From: Owenia fusiformis
Lineage: Eukaryota
Reading direction: 5' to 3'
Length of the DNA: 64,000 nucleotides
Assembly (NCBI GenBank): GCA_903813345.2
Contig: CAIIXF020000001.1
Location: forward strand, 8,618,001-8,682,000
Of this stretch, positions 1 to 13,200 are shown one piece after another. The notes below the pieces were generated by a model that was not told where the DNA came from, did no database searches, and saw nothing but the letters and a program-made list of their open reading frames with translations. Position 1 is the first letter of the stretch, and each line of letters starts with the position of its first letter. The translations under genes were made by a program, and so were the position numbers.

Positions 1-3000
1 CATGATCTCAGGGATCTATCGTCAGAACGTGGATTATTGAGAACTGGCTTGATTCTAAATAATGGGAAACATCTATTACCTTATAATGTTGATGCCCCAG
101 TTGACTGTCAGGTGGACCCTAACAATGCTCATATTCCTTGTTTCCTGGCTGGGGACCATCGTGCCAATGAGCAGCTAGGTTTGCTCTCTATGCATACTAT
201 ATGGATGAGGGAACACAACCGTGTGGCTACTGAGTTACTCAGACTTAATCCACATTGGGATGGTAACATGTTGTTTCACGAGGCTAGGAAAATAGTAGGT
301 GCTCAGATGCAACATATAACATACAATGAGTGGCTTCCAAAGATCCTAGGAACTAATGGTATGGAACAGCTAGGGGTATACAAGGGCTACGATCCAACCA
401 TTGACCCAACTATTTCAAATGTATTTGCTACTGCTGCATTTAGATTTGGGCATACACTGATCAACCCATTTATATATCGGCTGAATGCAACATTCCAGGA
501 AACCAGGGAGGGACATCTCCCCTTACACAAGGCATTCTTTGCACCATTTAGGATTGTTGAAGAGGGTGGCATTGATTCAATAATAAGAGGTATGTTTGGA
601 GTAGGGGCTAAAAAGTTCAAACCAGACAATCTTCTGAACACAGAGCTAACGGAGAAGCTGTTCAAACTGGCCCATGCTGTGGCTCTAGATCTGGCTGCAC
701 TTAACATCCAACGAGGACGGGACCATGGACTCGCTTCATATAATGAATGGAGAAAATTTTGTGGCCTTTATGAAGCAGAAACATTTGATGACCTTGCCCC
801 TGAGATACAAGACAATTATATAAGGCGCAAACTAGCAGATATATATGGTCATCCAGGTAAGAAATTATTTCGTCTGTAATGTAGTAAATATGCAAGTTCC
901 TGGAGTTATCTTATATGCAATTAACTTTCTCACAACAATTATACTCGTACATGACCCGTGTCCATACATTCTAGATTAAAATCTGTAAACTGAGACAGCA
1001 TTAGCAAAAGATTAGGCTTAAAAGTAAAAGACATTGAGGTTATTGTATGAGTACCTGTGCAAGATCGTCCATTCTTGATGAGCTTTGAAAATTCTTCTTG
1101 CACATGTGACTTTTTAGGATGTAAGATGGGAATATCTTGCATGGAGTAAAGATGGCTGTATCTTTGATAATCATATTAGAAAATAGAAACGTATGAATTG
1201 GAGGTATGTTATTTTACTTCAAGACTGCGATAGTACACCCAGCAATGGTTTTCTTTCAGGAAACATTGATCTTTGGTTGGGAGGTCTGGTGGAGGACTCC
1301 TTAGATGGAAGTATGTTGGGACCAACCTTCCAATGCATCTTACAGGACCAGTTTAGGAGAAATAGAGATGGGGATAGGTCAGTATATTAGTCAGCTAATG
1401 CATTCATATGTAAAGTAGTCTCTGATTCAAAAGATTCTCCATTTAGCCTAAAATCATTGTTGGATGACACTTCCCTTTACTCTGGATGGAGGACTAAGAA
1501 TACAATTGAATATACTTTTTCAGGTTTTGGTATGAGAACCCCGGTGTTCTGAAGCCTGGTCAATTGACTGCTATAAAGCAAACTTCTCTGGCACGTGTCT
1601 TATGTGACAATGGTGATGATATTAAGAGGGTCCAGCGAGATGTATTTAAGAGAGCTGACATTAGACATGAATACAAGGATTGTGAAGAACTCCCATATGT
1701 AGACTTAAAACTTTGGACTGATTGTTGCCATGGTTTGTATAGATGTTTATTATTATGTCACCACTAGCAAGTGAAGGTATATTGTTTAAGACCTCCATTT
1801 TGTGACTGGTTGGTGGCATTTGGTGTCTGTAACAATTGCATAAGGGTTGTGAAAATGAGAAAGATTTTGAAGATTTGGATTGATGCTCACTATTCTATAG
1901 ACTGTTTTATGCAGAATTCAAATATTTAAATGTTTTGGGTCTAATAATTTAGATCGTACAGTTGTAATTTATGATAAAATCCATCATTGTCGTACCTATT
2001 TTCTAAAAGTTCCAAAATATATTTTTATATCTTCGAAATCCATTGATTTAAAGGTCTGGATTTTATAATTATGTGCATTATGATATCAGGATCTTGTTCG
2101 ATATAATTAGATCTTGCAAATCTGTGCATTCCCCTTTATGAAGAGATTTTACTTTTAATTTTCAGAATGCAGCAAATCAGGAGAGTTCAACTCTATAACC
2201 AGTCAAATATATCGCAAGAAACGATCTCTAGAATACAGTTTTCCGGAAGATTCTCCACAAAATGTTCAATCTGATGTTCCTTTCTCAATAAAACTCACAA
2301 ACAGAACATTTACAAGGTCCAAAATAAAGGAGCATAAAAAACCTGTGAAGCAAGATAACAATATGCCAAGTATTAACATTGATATGCCAAATCTGGACAA
2401 TGATATGCCAAATAAACTGAGTGGCTCTCAGGTTGACTTAATTGATGCCCGTATAGAGGGTATGGAGACAGTCATGGGAGACATGCAAAAACAAATTAGA
2501 AAGTTACATAAAAAGGTAGGTTGTATAAATGGTAAATTACATTTTGTGGAAATACTTCATTTTTATCAGAAAATTGACGCCATACAATGTCAATATATTT
2601 TTAATTTTTGAAATACATTGGAAAATATTTGTTAAAGGTAGTATCAGATTTAGCAAGCTACTTGAACAAAAAATTGTTTCAGTTTAAGAATATTTTTGAC
2701 TCATAGCATTCCTTGTCACATTTGTTTTTTAGAAGTGGCCAAGGGGCATACTGTATTTAAGGAAAACAAGATTTTTACAAAAATGTAGTCATCTTTCTAT
2801 AAATGTGGTCACCACCCTATTTTGCACTTTGAATCTTAAATAACTTGACACCAATTTATAACATATTGTGGATCTTTTGGGAGATATTATTTTTGAGATT
2901 GTAAGGAACACATCAGTTGTACATGTTGCTTGCATGTTGATAGTACCTTTAATCTTCATTAGTTCTACTATGTGAGACATGCATCACCCCCAAATGAGAA

Positions 3001-3500
3001 AAGATAGAGATGGAATTTTTATGTAAAATGTTGTCTTTGTAGGTCAAAAAATTGGAGAAAAAATTACGAGTGGAAGAAACTTCATGCCTAGATGACCAAG
3101 GCAAGAAGCGAGCAGATCGGGAACGGTGGAAGGTTGATGATTGCCAGAAGTGCATATGCAAAGTACATACTTTTTAGTTGGATTCATTTACTTACATACA
3201 TGTACTTCGATTTTTTTTTTATTTGGATTTCCCCGAGTAGTACTTTTCAGCATTTTCAATTATTATTTCAGTACATGATCCTTATTTGTCACATTGATCA
3301 TTTCTATTGATGTCATATTTTGAATCTCTATTATGTCGTATTTTGAATCTCTATTGATGTCATATTTTGAATCAATGTTGATGTAATATTATTCCTCTCT
3401 TTTGCAGTATGGTAAAGCAGAGTGCAGCATAGAGAAATGTCATCCAGTAAAGTGTGACTATCCAATTTACCTACCTGGCAAGTGCTGTCCTATCTGTTAG
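1..3500 (+). CDS. PXDN: Peroxidasin, 3' part (animal heme peroxidase domain, linker, C-terminal VWC domain). Exons <1-856, 1260-1377, 1524-1732, 2166-2515, 3043-3162, 3408-3500
   Basis: Peroxidase motifs [27 protein letters not shown] and GDRFWYE (across a splice junction). GT-AG junctions join in frame. Ends in a VWC pattern ([12 protein letters not shown]....C...C.......GKCCPIC*), stop at 3498-3500. Confidence 0.95.
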
Positions 3501-4119
3501 TCATCCTCCCTTTGACATGGACCATATTTGAATATGGCGAGATAAATGTGATCAATCAACTATGCAAGGATGGGTACAACAATTGTATCCTGAACTCATT
3601 AACCATTATTGGTTGTACATTATCTATATAATCAACTCATATCATTCTAATATAGTGTCAACACCAATTCTGCAGTAAGCTTAAAGATAAATGAGTACCA
3701 GCTCAATAGTGTGACACCTCTACTCAAAACTGAACGATAACATTTCACCAGCATATTCACAATAGGACACTTCTACTTTGACCATGGATATAGATCTACT
3801 TCTCATAACCTTAGCGACAGTGAGATGGTCTACTTCTCATTACCATAGCAACCATGAGATACCTCTAGTAATCTTCAATTTAGCAACTACAAGAAACATT
3901 TGCACATTAACATAGCGACAACCATGAGATGCATCTTCTCATCAAGATAGCGACCATAAGACCAAAATTGTGGTTTAATACAAAGAGAATAGTTGAAACT
4001 CTATCGTCAGATTTTTACTGAATCTTTGTTTCCTGAAATACCTCAATTTCCTAGTCTTATTTTCCATGGAAATCCATGACCAGTGTGAGATTTTACTTAA
4101 CAACAAAATACATGATGTA

Positions 4120-4290
4120 CAGTAAAATCTGTCTAATCTGAACAGGTGGCAGATGTTCTTCTTTTGAGTTTTTTTAACATGGAAGTCTATAGTCTAGGTA
4201 GACTAAAAAAGGGGGACTGAAAAAAGCATATTTTATGATATCCAGATTATGTTAAGATTAAATAGGTGTTCAGATATACAGGTTTTACTG
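4120..4290. mobile_element. Small Tc1/pogo-like MITE in the probable peroxidasin 3' UTR
   Basis: TA|CAGTAAAATCTGTCTAATCTGAACA ... TGTTCAGATATACAGGTTTTACTG|TA: imperfect TIRs with a TA target duplication. Confidence 0.75.
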
Positions 4291-5344
4291 TATGTCACTT
4301 CATCCATGGTAAAAATAACAAAATGACCTAACTAGTCCATCCTCATAATTTTATAGTTCGTTTTGTCATACAAATTATGGATGTTCTTTGAATCTAACTT
4401 GATTTGTTTTATCAGGTTTTCATTGTGGAGTTAAAATTCACACACTGTTACTTATTCTTAAATTGTTCTTAATGTAGAGACTTACATTTTATATTTGATG
4501 TTTGATAAGGATACCTCATATGCACCCCCTAAAATGACCAATATTTGCAGTATAACATGTATGCATGAGACATCCTAAGTTAGGTTTACAGAACCTGTTG
4601 TATTAGACTCAGAATGTAAGCATTTAATCCCTTGCTAAGATGACAAGGGAATTCATTTTATTTCTTCACAATTAATTGAACAGTGATTTTTGCATGACTG
4701 TACATCCTCATTGATGCCTGCCATTTTCTGTTTATTCTTTTATTTGTGAAAAAATATTGAGTTAGATGGAACCTGGCAAATGAAGGTAATGTCGATCCAT
4801 AAAAATAAATAACTCATTGATGTCAATGTGACCACAAATTGTAAATTGAATGTAGATATTTTATAATCTATAAGGGATAAAATATCATTTAACTTGACTG
4901 ATCAATTTTTTCATTTGGATTTCTAAATACAAGTTAAGATATGTTTCAATTATAAAACAAGATATTTTTGTAAACAAATGGTTATAAAACTGTTATTCCA
5001 TGCACTGATACAATTATATAGAAAATTGTATCAAATTATTTAGAAAATTGTATACAATTTAGTATGACGTATACTCAACAAAACATAAAGTTTGGCAATT
5101 AGATGTACTTACATTGTACAATGATAGACAGTTTGTATAATTGAAGGATGTCATGCTGCGTTGACATGTACTTCTAGGATAAGTAATGTTAGACATGTAT
5201 TCTCATTTATAGTATAAGTTAGCTGAAATACAACTTTACTGTAGATTAAACATATTTATTCTTGATTCCTGATTGGTCTATTGTGAAATTAAACTGATTC
5301 TTACTTTTCAGATATAATGTTATTTGAAATGCATTTGAACCATG

Positions 5345-5516
5345 ATTATGAACCAAACACTTTGGAATCACAATTAGTACCAAACTCTTTGGAATCACAA
5401 TTAGTACCAAACTCTTTTGAATCACAATTAGTACCAAACTCTTTGGAATCACAATTAGGTACCAAATGCTTTAGAATCACAATTAGGTACCAAATGCTTT
5501 AGAACCATGATTAGGT
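5345..5516. repeat. 27-28 bp minisatellite, about 6 copies (TTGGAATCACAATTAGTACCAAACTCT)
   Basis: Directly visible tandem unit. It explains the repetitive ORFs 5246-5452 and 5317-5502. Confidence 0.9.
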
Positions 5517-5869
5517 AAAAAGGCAGACTGAAGATCATTATTTAGTTCTGTAGGTAATAAAGTAGATTTTAGTGATCCTTATATATTGATCATGTATGTA
5601 TGGCATATTATTTATACATTATGATAACGTGTATATACTTTAAGTATAAGACTTATACATCTGTAAAAAGCAATTGTATAAAGCAAGTGATGAAGCGATT
5701 TACACTATACTGCTGCAATCTCTATATAAAGCATTGTTTTAGTTGAACGTAATATAAATAGTAAAAGCAACAATCATGTACATGTATTCTATACTATACA
5801 TCTAGTAAGTATTCTATACTATACATCTAGAAAGTACATATATTAAGCCAGTGTAACATTATATTAGAG

Positions 5870-6066
5870 CAAAGAGGATTCTCTCCCAGCATTCATCCAT
5901 GATCTTTTGACCGGCATAGACAAATAAAAGGTACTAATACTACCATTATGTTCATTTCTTGACTGTATGTTTCATCTGGAAATGAGCATTATAGTAATAC
6001 TATTACCAAACTGGTCAATGCCAGCCATAAAAAGATCATGAGATTGCTGGGAGCCAATCCTCCTTG
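5870..6066. mobile_element. Fold-back MITE with 9 bp TSD (Mutator-like)
   Basis: ATATTAGAG at 5861-5869 and 6067-6075 flanks CAAAGAGGATT...AATCCTCCTTG. The element is imperfectly palindromic along its length. Confidence 0.8.
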
Positions 6067-7288
6067 ATATTAGAGGCATGCTCAGATTTCTTATGATATG
6101 CTATGATATTTTTCTTGATATGTTAGTATTTAAAGTATTAATATGAACATTTAAATTCATTTTTAGTGATGCAAGTAATTATTGTGATAATCTGGTTACA
6201 AGTGATTTATTCCTTTTATTTGAAATCACTATAATATACAAATGCATTTTTTAACAGTGGGAAAGAAAATTTTATTTAAAGGAACATGACAACGAGACTT
6301 GCACATTTATATTATTTTGTCTGTGATTTGATTTATGAACTTGTGTGGACAGTGGTTCGTGACTTTGTATGACTCTTAATGTGATTGATTATAAGAAAAG
6401 TGATGTTCTGTATGTCTTTTGCAATAAAATTAAGAAAATCATTTTTTATTTATGTTTTGAAAGTCTGATAAATTTTCTCAACCAATGCAAATGCTAAAAG
6501 CATTTTCATCCCACATCCAATTAAAACATTTACGATTTTTCATGCAAACCTATATATCTAGCATGTTGTAATGAGTTGGTGGTTATATTCTACTTTACAT
6601 ATTACTAAATATAGGTTTATTATAAGTTACAGTTATAACTTTTATACAGGTATAAAGTTTAAGCACCATTTTGAAGCATTGCTAAAGAGATTATGTTAAA
6701 TTCTTTCACCATTAGGCAAACCGCAGAGTTGTGGGGATTGGCACCTTGGAACCTTCAATTCAATATCTCACTTTACAGAAATATTTTTTTAAAACTACCG
6801 AAGCTATAAATATGCATATCAAAAGTGAAATTGATCAATCGTCAATGTTACCAACAGAAAAATGTAATATTAACTCCTTTTTTCGAAACTTTAACTCCTT
6901 TTTTCGAAACAATGTTTTTTGTAACTGGATGGATTTGGTTATGTCTTTCACCCAGGCATTTGATATGTTATATGACAATTTCTTGAGCTAATAGAAGATT
7001 TCTACTGAACAAGTTTATTATATACAAGATAATATTGTATACTTTGATATGATAATCCTTTATCATTATGACAGGTTCAGACATTGGATCATATTTTAAC
7101 ATCAAGCTGATACCTTAGCTGAACCTTTAATATGGTGCATACTAAGACTTTTCTTGAACTTCTGGATAAGAAAATTCTAAGTCCAGTTTAATATACCCTT
7201 TTCTATTTGGATAAGAAATGCATTACAGTGACTGACCAATTGTTTACAATTTGGAAAGTGAAAGTTAAGATCTGGGACAAACCCAAAT

Positions 7289-10200
7289 ATGATTGTAAGG
7301 TATGTTTTCACTTATAGTATCATTTAAAATGGGGGAGAGGGTGTCTTATATATTTTGAATTAATAATAAATGTGACCAACCTTCATATAAAATATTTATT
7401 TTGTAATGTCAAGTTTTGTAACACATCCCAGTAGCAGATAAACTCTGATTAATTATAACATTCACTTTTATTTAACTTACAAAATTAACTACAGTATTTG
7501 AAGCACGGACATCTAATACGTTCTTCGAATTGCCCTGGAACTATATTTATACCCTTAAAAGTATTTGAAGTCCCAGAATTTCGCCAGAAACATTCCTCTG
7601 ACTGTGATTTGAAGCAAGAACACAGGAACAAAAACAATGAAATTCTTGCCCTGTTTTTTATTATTTATTTAAATTCTTCAACAATTTTAGGTTGCTACAG
7701 GTAGCACTTTGTGTGTTAAGTGTGGATGGCCAGCAGGTTCCTGTCCCAACTCTTGGCCCATACTGCACACCTGAACCAGACTCAACCCCAGGACCTAATG
7801 GTTAGTAAGTTTTTATAGCCAATAGTATTATGCTTATATTTAGATTCCTTTTTGACTGGAAAGAAATCTGATATTAACCTTCATATCACTTTTGCCACAA
7901 ATAAAATGTTTGATAATGATAATATGTTACTTTTAAATTGACAGCAAGCAAATGCAAGCATTTCAAAAAATATATTAGGAGCTAGAAACTGCATTACTGC
8001 TTTTTGTTGGAAAAAATAATGGAAATGCCATTCACCTTGACATTACTTCATTCCTTGGGCACACCACTTTTCTATCGCAAATGTGCATTAATAATCTCTG
8101 TAAAATATGTATGAAATGACTGGTTCTTGTTTGTTATTTCAGAGCCACGTCTTCCTGAGTTGCCCCCAGCCTTTCAGACCAAGATTGAGTTGAACATCGA
8201 GAACAAACATGTCACCATAGATGCTGATGAGTACAATGATCCTGTCAATAAGAGAGCATATCTACGTCTTATGCAATTTGGCGTTGAAACAAAAACATAT
8301 GTGAACCTAGCAACAAATGAGGCCTATATTGTATATGGTATGTTTTACGTCTTGATTTCTAACAATGTGACATATTATACACGTGGCTATCATCAAATGT
8401 TTTCAATATGAAAGCATCTAATAATATTCAGAATACATTGCATTTACTGATTTTGTGGCACTAATTTTGCATATACAGTTGTATAATTCTGTTTTATACA
8501 GGGCATGCATGTAAGGTTCAACAGTTGAATGAGTCTGACTTTGGTGTCATGTTTGGAGATGTCGTGATTGATGGCAAACGTCGTAAGATGTTCTCAGTCA
8601 GCAGCCTCTTCAAGTTTGGCAAACAGTTTGGCCAGGTAATTAAATAACATTCTTTTAACTAAGACGGAGTATTACTTTACTATGAAATCAATGTTTCTAC
8701 TAGAACCAGTATCACTGCACTCCGGCACTGCGCCTTACAGGATCTCTACCTGAGACACCATGTTTTGCTAGGCTATGCTCCCTGTGCAGCTATATCCATT
8801 TGTGGATAAAAATCATACCACTCCTAAATGTTAAGACATCCTCTGTATCCAATATAAATATTACATGATTGTTGACAAACTCAAAGCAAAAGTATTTGAA
8901 GTACTGTATTTAGATATATATGAGAAGCTTCACTTAAAATACATATATGTACTTATAACAGTGGTGCCATGGCCTTGCAGCGGGGCCATATGCGAATCAT
9001 TATTAGCCCTCCTCTGGTATTCACCTTATACATGAGGTTATTACAGTGTATATAATTATGGTGTTTTCTTTCATAGAAGTACATGGGTAGAACCAAGGCA
9101 AGGGGCATAGATGTGAACTACTGGAGGAGTTGTCAACAATGGCAGTACCCACCTGCTAACATGACTGTTGACTACTACTTCACAGGTAAATACTTGGACA
9201 CTGAGATAAAACACTAAAATCATAAGAGTATAATGTTTATAAGACATCATTGATTAATCCCTTAATAGAATAGGAATGTATTAACTAATAATAAACAATC
9301 TATACAAACAATAAACAATCTTTATAAACAATATAATAAAAATACACTTTTCGGTCGATAGACCAAGCCATGAGAGCAAATGAAGTTACTTGCACAAATT
9401 AGTATTAATTTCTCAATGCTTCATTTTCAGCCTTGAACTGGTCAAGTTCCTTTGATGGTCCAAGTATTCCTGTTAGAGCAGTGGTGGAAGGAATCAGTAA
9501 TGATAAAGACATTCCACACTACTTCCGTCACACCTATGACTTCGTACAATTCACGATTCCAATAGAACAGGATGATAAACTTTTTGATGTATGTAGTTTT
9601 CAAATTGCGATGTGCAAGCCCTTTCATTGTTATTTTGTACTTTCCGAAGAGGCTCATGCGTACAGCAGATAAAAGGGAGTCTAGTAAACCAGAATGTAGT
9701 TTTCAAAAAGATGGAGCAAATGGAAAGCATCACACTTTTCAATTCCAACATTACAATATTTTGTTAGCAAATCAGCTTTAACACTGGAGTAACACTTTAA
9801 AGGCAGAATCTGATCCATAGGGGGTGACACAATTACAAGCAACATGTATAATTGACCTCCCAATCTATTCCTTACAATATCAAATACAATATCTCCCAAA
9901 AGATTCACAACATGTTATAAATTGGTGAAGTTATTAATGATTCAAAGTGCAAAAATGAGTGAAAAATGTTTAAATTCCCCCAAATAATAAGAATGGTAAC
10001 CATTCTAATAGAAAAATAATACATTATTGTAAAAATCTTTAGTTTTCCTGGAATAAAGTATGCACTTTGGTGATTTTTAGAAAATAGACATGACAAGGAA
10101 TGACATGAGCGAAAAATATTCTAAAATTGAAACAATTTTTTGTTTAGCCTGCTCGCTATATCTGATTCTCTCTTTAAGTTAAAATACATTAAAACATGCA

Positions 10201-13200
10201 TTTGTAGTATGATCAATTTAGTCTTTGTTTTTTAGACACCCCCAGGGGTATACTGCGAGGGACGTAAGAAAACTAAACCTTTACCCAACCTACCTAAAGC
10301 TTTCTCATATAGAGAAGAGATTGTCTCACCAGACACAACCAACATACAATTTGCAGATGTAAGTAGGAATGATATTTAGTGTACCTAGTAAAAGCCAAAT
10401 CACAATCATATAGAATGACCATTTTGCCTCTCACCATTGACGTTACCTCAATCTGCTAGACCTTTAAACCATGGCCTTAATAGGATGGAACAACCTATTG
10501 TAGGGTTACAACCCAGGTCAACTCAGATTCTGGTTCTTTCAACTCTGATGTTTATGGTTTAGGATTATGGTTTTGTAAATGTTTTAGGTGTACTATGACT
10601 ATAACTACAAGCTGGTTAGGTTTGACAATAGGAATCCTGTTGTTGCTCCACCATACTATACTACTGGGCCCATTGTAGAGATACATGATTACACCACAGG
10701 TGAATCTTTATAGTTTTTAATGGCTTAAGTTAAGGTTTACCTAGTAGAATAACCTGGTTCATTACATTTGATCTTCAACATATAATTGGCATGATACTCT
10801 TGTCCAAAATTTACCTGACGAGACCTACCTTAAAGGTGCAACAAAGAGAAATATTATAGTATTTTTTGCTTGCAAATTAATTAATCACTCCTTGAATTTC
10901 CTTTTAACTACTTTAAACCATCCAAAGATTGTAAAAACCCAGATAAACTTGGTTTATATTGCAGGTGTATCTTATGCTAGGGATGTTGACAATGGTAACT
11001 GTACCATTGCTGCACTAACAGATAACTTTGACAATACCCTCAGCCCTGTTAACCGCACAAAGGACCCTGGCTATGTGCTCAGGATGAGGAGACCCCTAGA
11101 ACTACTGTTCTTGGATGACACCTACGTGTACATTGGAAAGGTACATTCGGAATGATTTTACGAGTCGTACAAACCCATCAAATCAATCAATTGATCTCAC
11201 ATAAGGGATAGGTATTCTCTGATTTAATCAAGGCTGCTTTGATATATTCCTTTATAACATCTTTTTCCTTTATATACATTTATTCCTTTATATACACACA
11301 TTGTTCTTACATTCAATGGCTAGTTCTATAACTGGTTCGATTACATGATGCTTTGCTACAATTCTTTGTCACATTATCTAGAGATGTTCAGTAAGAATGA
11401 CCCCATCCAGGGTAACACTCATCCAACATCTCAAGGTGAAATCATTAATCCGTGATAACATATTTTGTCTACAAGAACAATGATTGTGATTGTTCTCATT
11501 CATCTTTGTACAAATTCTTATAATTCTGTTTTCCACTTCAGAGAATCATAAGAAGTGTGCCATGTGATGTGTTTTCCTCAAGAAGATCTGACTTCAAACT
11601 ACCAGACACACCAGCATTCAATACAACCTTTGAGATCTACTTCATGAGTGTAAGTATACATGTACATAATCCAGTAATGGGTTTGTGTAAAAAACTGGGT
11701 GACCGGGTAACCAGGTGACTGGGTACTTAATGTTCCTTGCAGGGTTAGGAATTTTTTTATTTATAACGTTGGATCTGGACGATACATGTACATTATTTTC
11801 GATGTCACGTTTTGAGGTTATAACACATCGTAAGAACATTTTGATAACGTTAACTTTTAACGTTAAGATAACGTCGGTAATGAACAGATTTAGTGACAAC
11901 ATATTGACGTCTTTGTAACGTTTCCTTAACTCACAAATATTTTGACAATGTTGAAATTCAACCATCCATCGACGTTTTGCTGAATATTTAAATAATGTCA
12001 GATCAATACGGTCCATGAACGTCATTATTGACATCACCTTTTGAGGTTATTTCAAATCGAAAAAACGTTTCGACGACGTTTAATTTTAACCTTAACAATA
12101 AGTCGGAAATGAACCGACTAAGTGAGAACACAAAGTTTTTGTCATGTTTTTTCCACCAACAAATATTTTGATATTAAAAGCCTGCATTTTTGACAACGTT
12201 GAATTTTAACGTTTGAGTTACGTCACATATGAACCAATGTAGTAAAAAATCAAACGTTCCTGTTAGTTATGTTTTCCACACTAACGAACTTTACGGACAC
12301 GTTACAACTACGTTCTTTTTACACCATCAATAGATGTCTCATGTTTACGCCTCGATGTGTAAAGAACGAAAATGTGCAACGTCTTCTAGGAACTTATATG
12401 CTACTTATGAGCAACGTGACATGGACGTCACTGTTTGCTGGATCGATTATTTTAGAAAGTCCTCTGTCTTGTATAGGGTAAAAATATCGAACAGCAGTGC
12501 ACTCGGTAGGCTAAGTCTGTCAAGTCAATTCACTACTATATATCGGGTGAAATGTGAAACTTTGAAAGTTGGTAACCCTGCTAGGAACGTTAGATACCCA
12601 GTCGACCGGGTACCCAGTTATCCGGTCACCCGGTTTTTTACACAAACCCATCCAGTAATGGATGGTAGATCTGTTTTATTTATCTCTTTTTCATATTCAG
12701 TGTACTCATTCTTGTAATTAGAGGCAAATTAACATTGCCAATGAATGAATTATCCACATTTGAAGTAAATGCATATTATATAATATATTTTGCCTATTCT
12801 TATTCTAGGATGAGTTTTTCCAAGTATCCACTGGCAACTCTTTGGACTCTTACATACCCATGAGACTAGAGATATGGGGAGAGGAGATTGACTTCCATGC
12901 AATCTATAATATATTTGACTTTGCCAAGGAAGATCCAGACCTCTCAAAGTTTGATATTACAGCCTGCTTCCCACCAGAGGTTTCTAAATCAGTGCAGATT
13001 ACATTCCCAGGTAATAACCCTCACCCTAACCCTCTTTGAATGGTTTAACCCTTTTACTACTGACAGTTTTTATGTCACCACCAAAAAGTTCTTAAAACTT
13101 CCAATAACGTATCAAATACTATTCAGACTGACTTCAGTTTTTTTCAAAATCATTTACATGTTTTCAGAAGTTCAAATCTTACTTTATGTTTAAGATTTGA

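Noticed and set aside
387-707. Antisense ORFs over peroxidasin and gag (387-707, 19673-20179, 20498-20821)
   Set aside because: Shadow ORFs of real coding sequence on the opposite strand.
3770-3965. Degenerate CTACTTCTCAT/TAGCRAC repeats in the peroxidasin 3' UTR
   Set aside because: Too decayed to define a unit or function.
7637-7672. ATG at 7637 as the start of the PAN-domain gene
   Set aside because: It hits TAA after 11 codons. The ATG at 7289 splices in frame and gives a proper signal peptide.
11642-12717. ORFs of 131 and 127 aa
   Set aside because: They lie within a non-coding MITE and show no transposase motifs.
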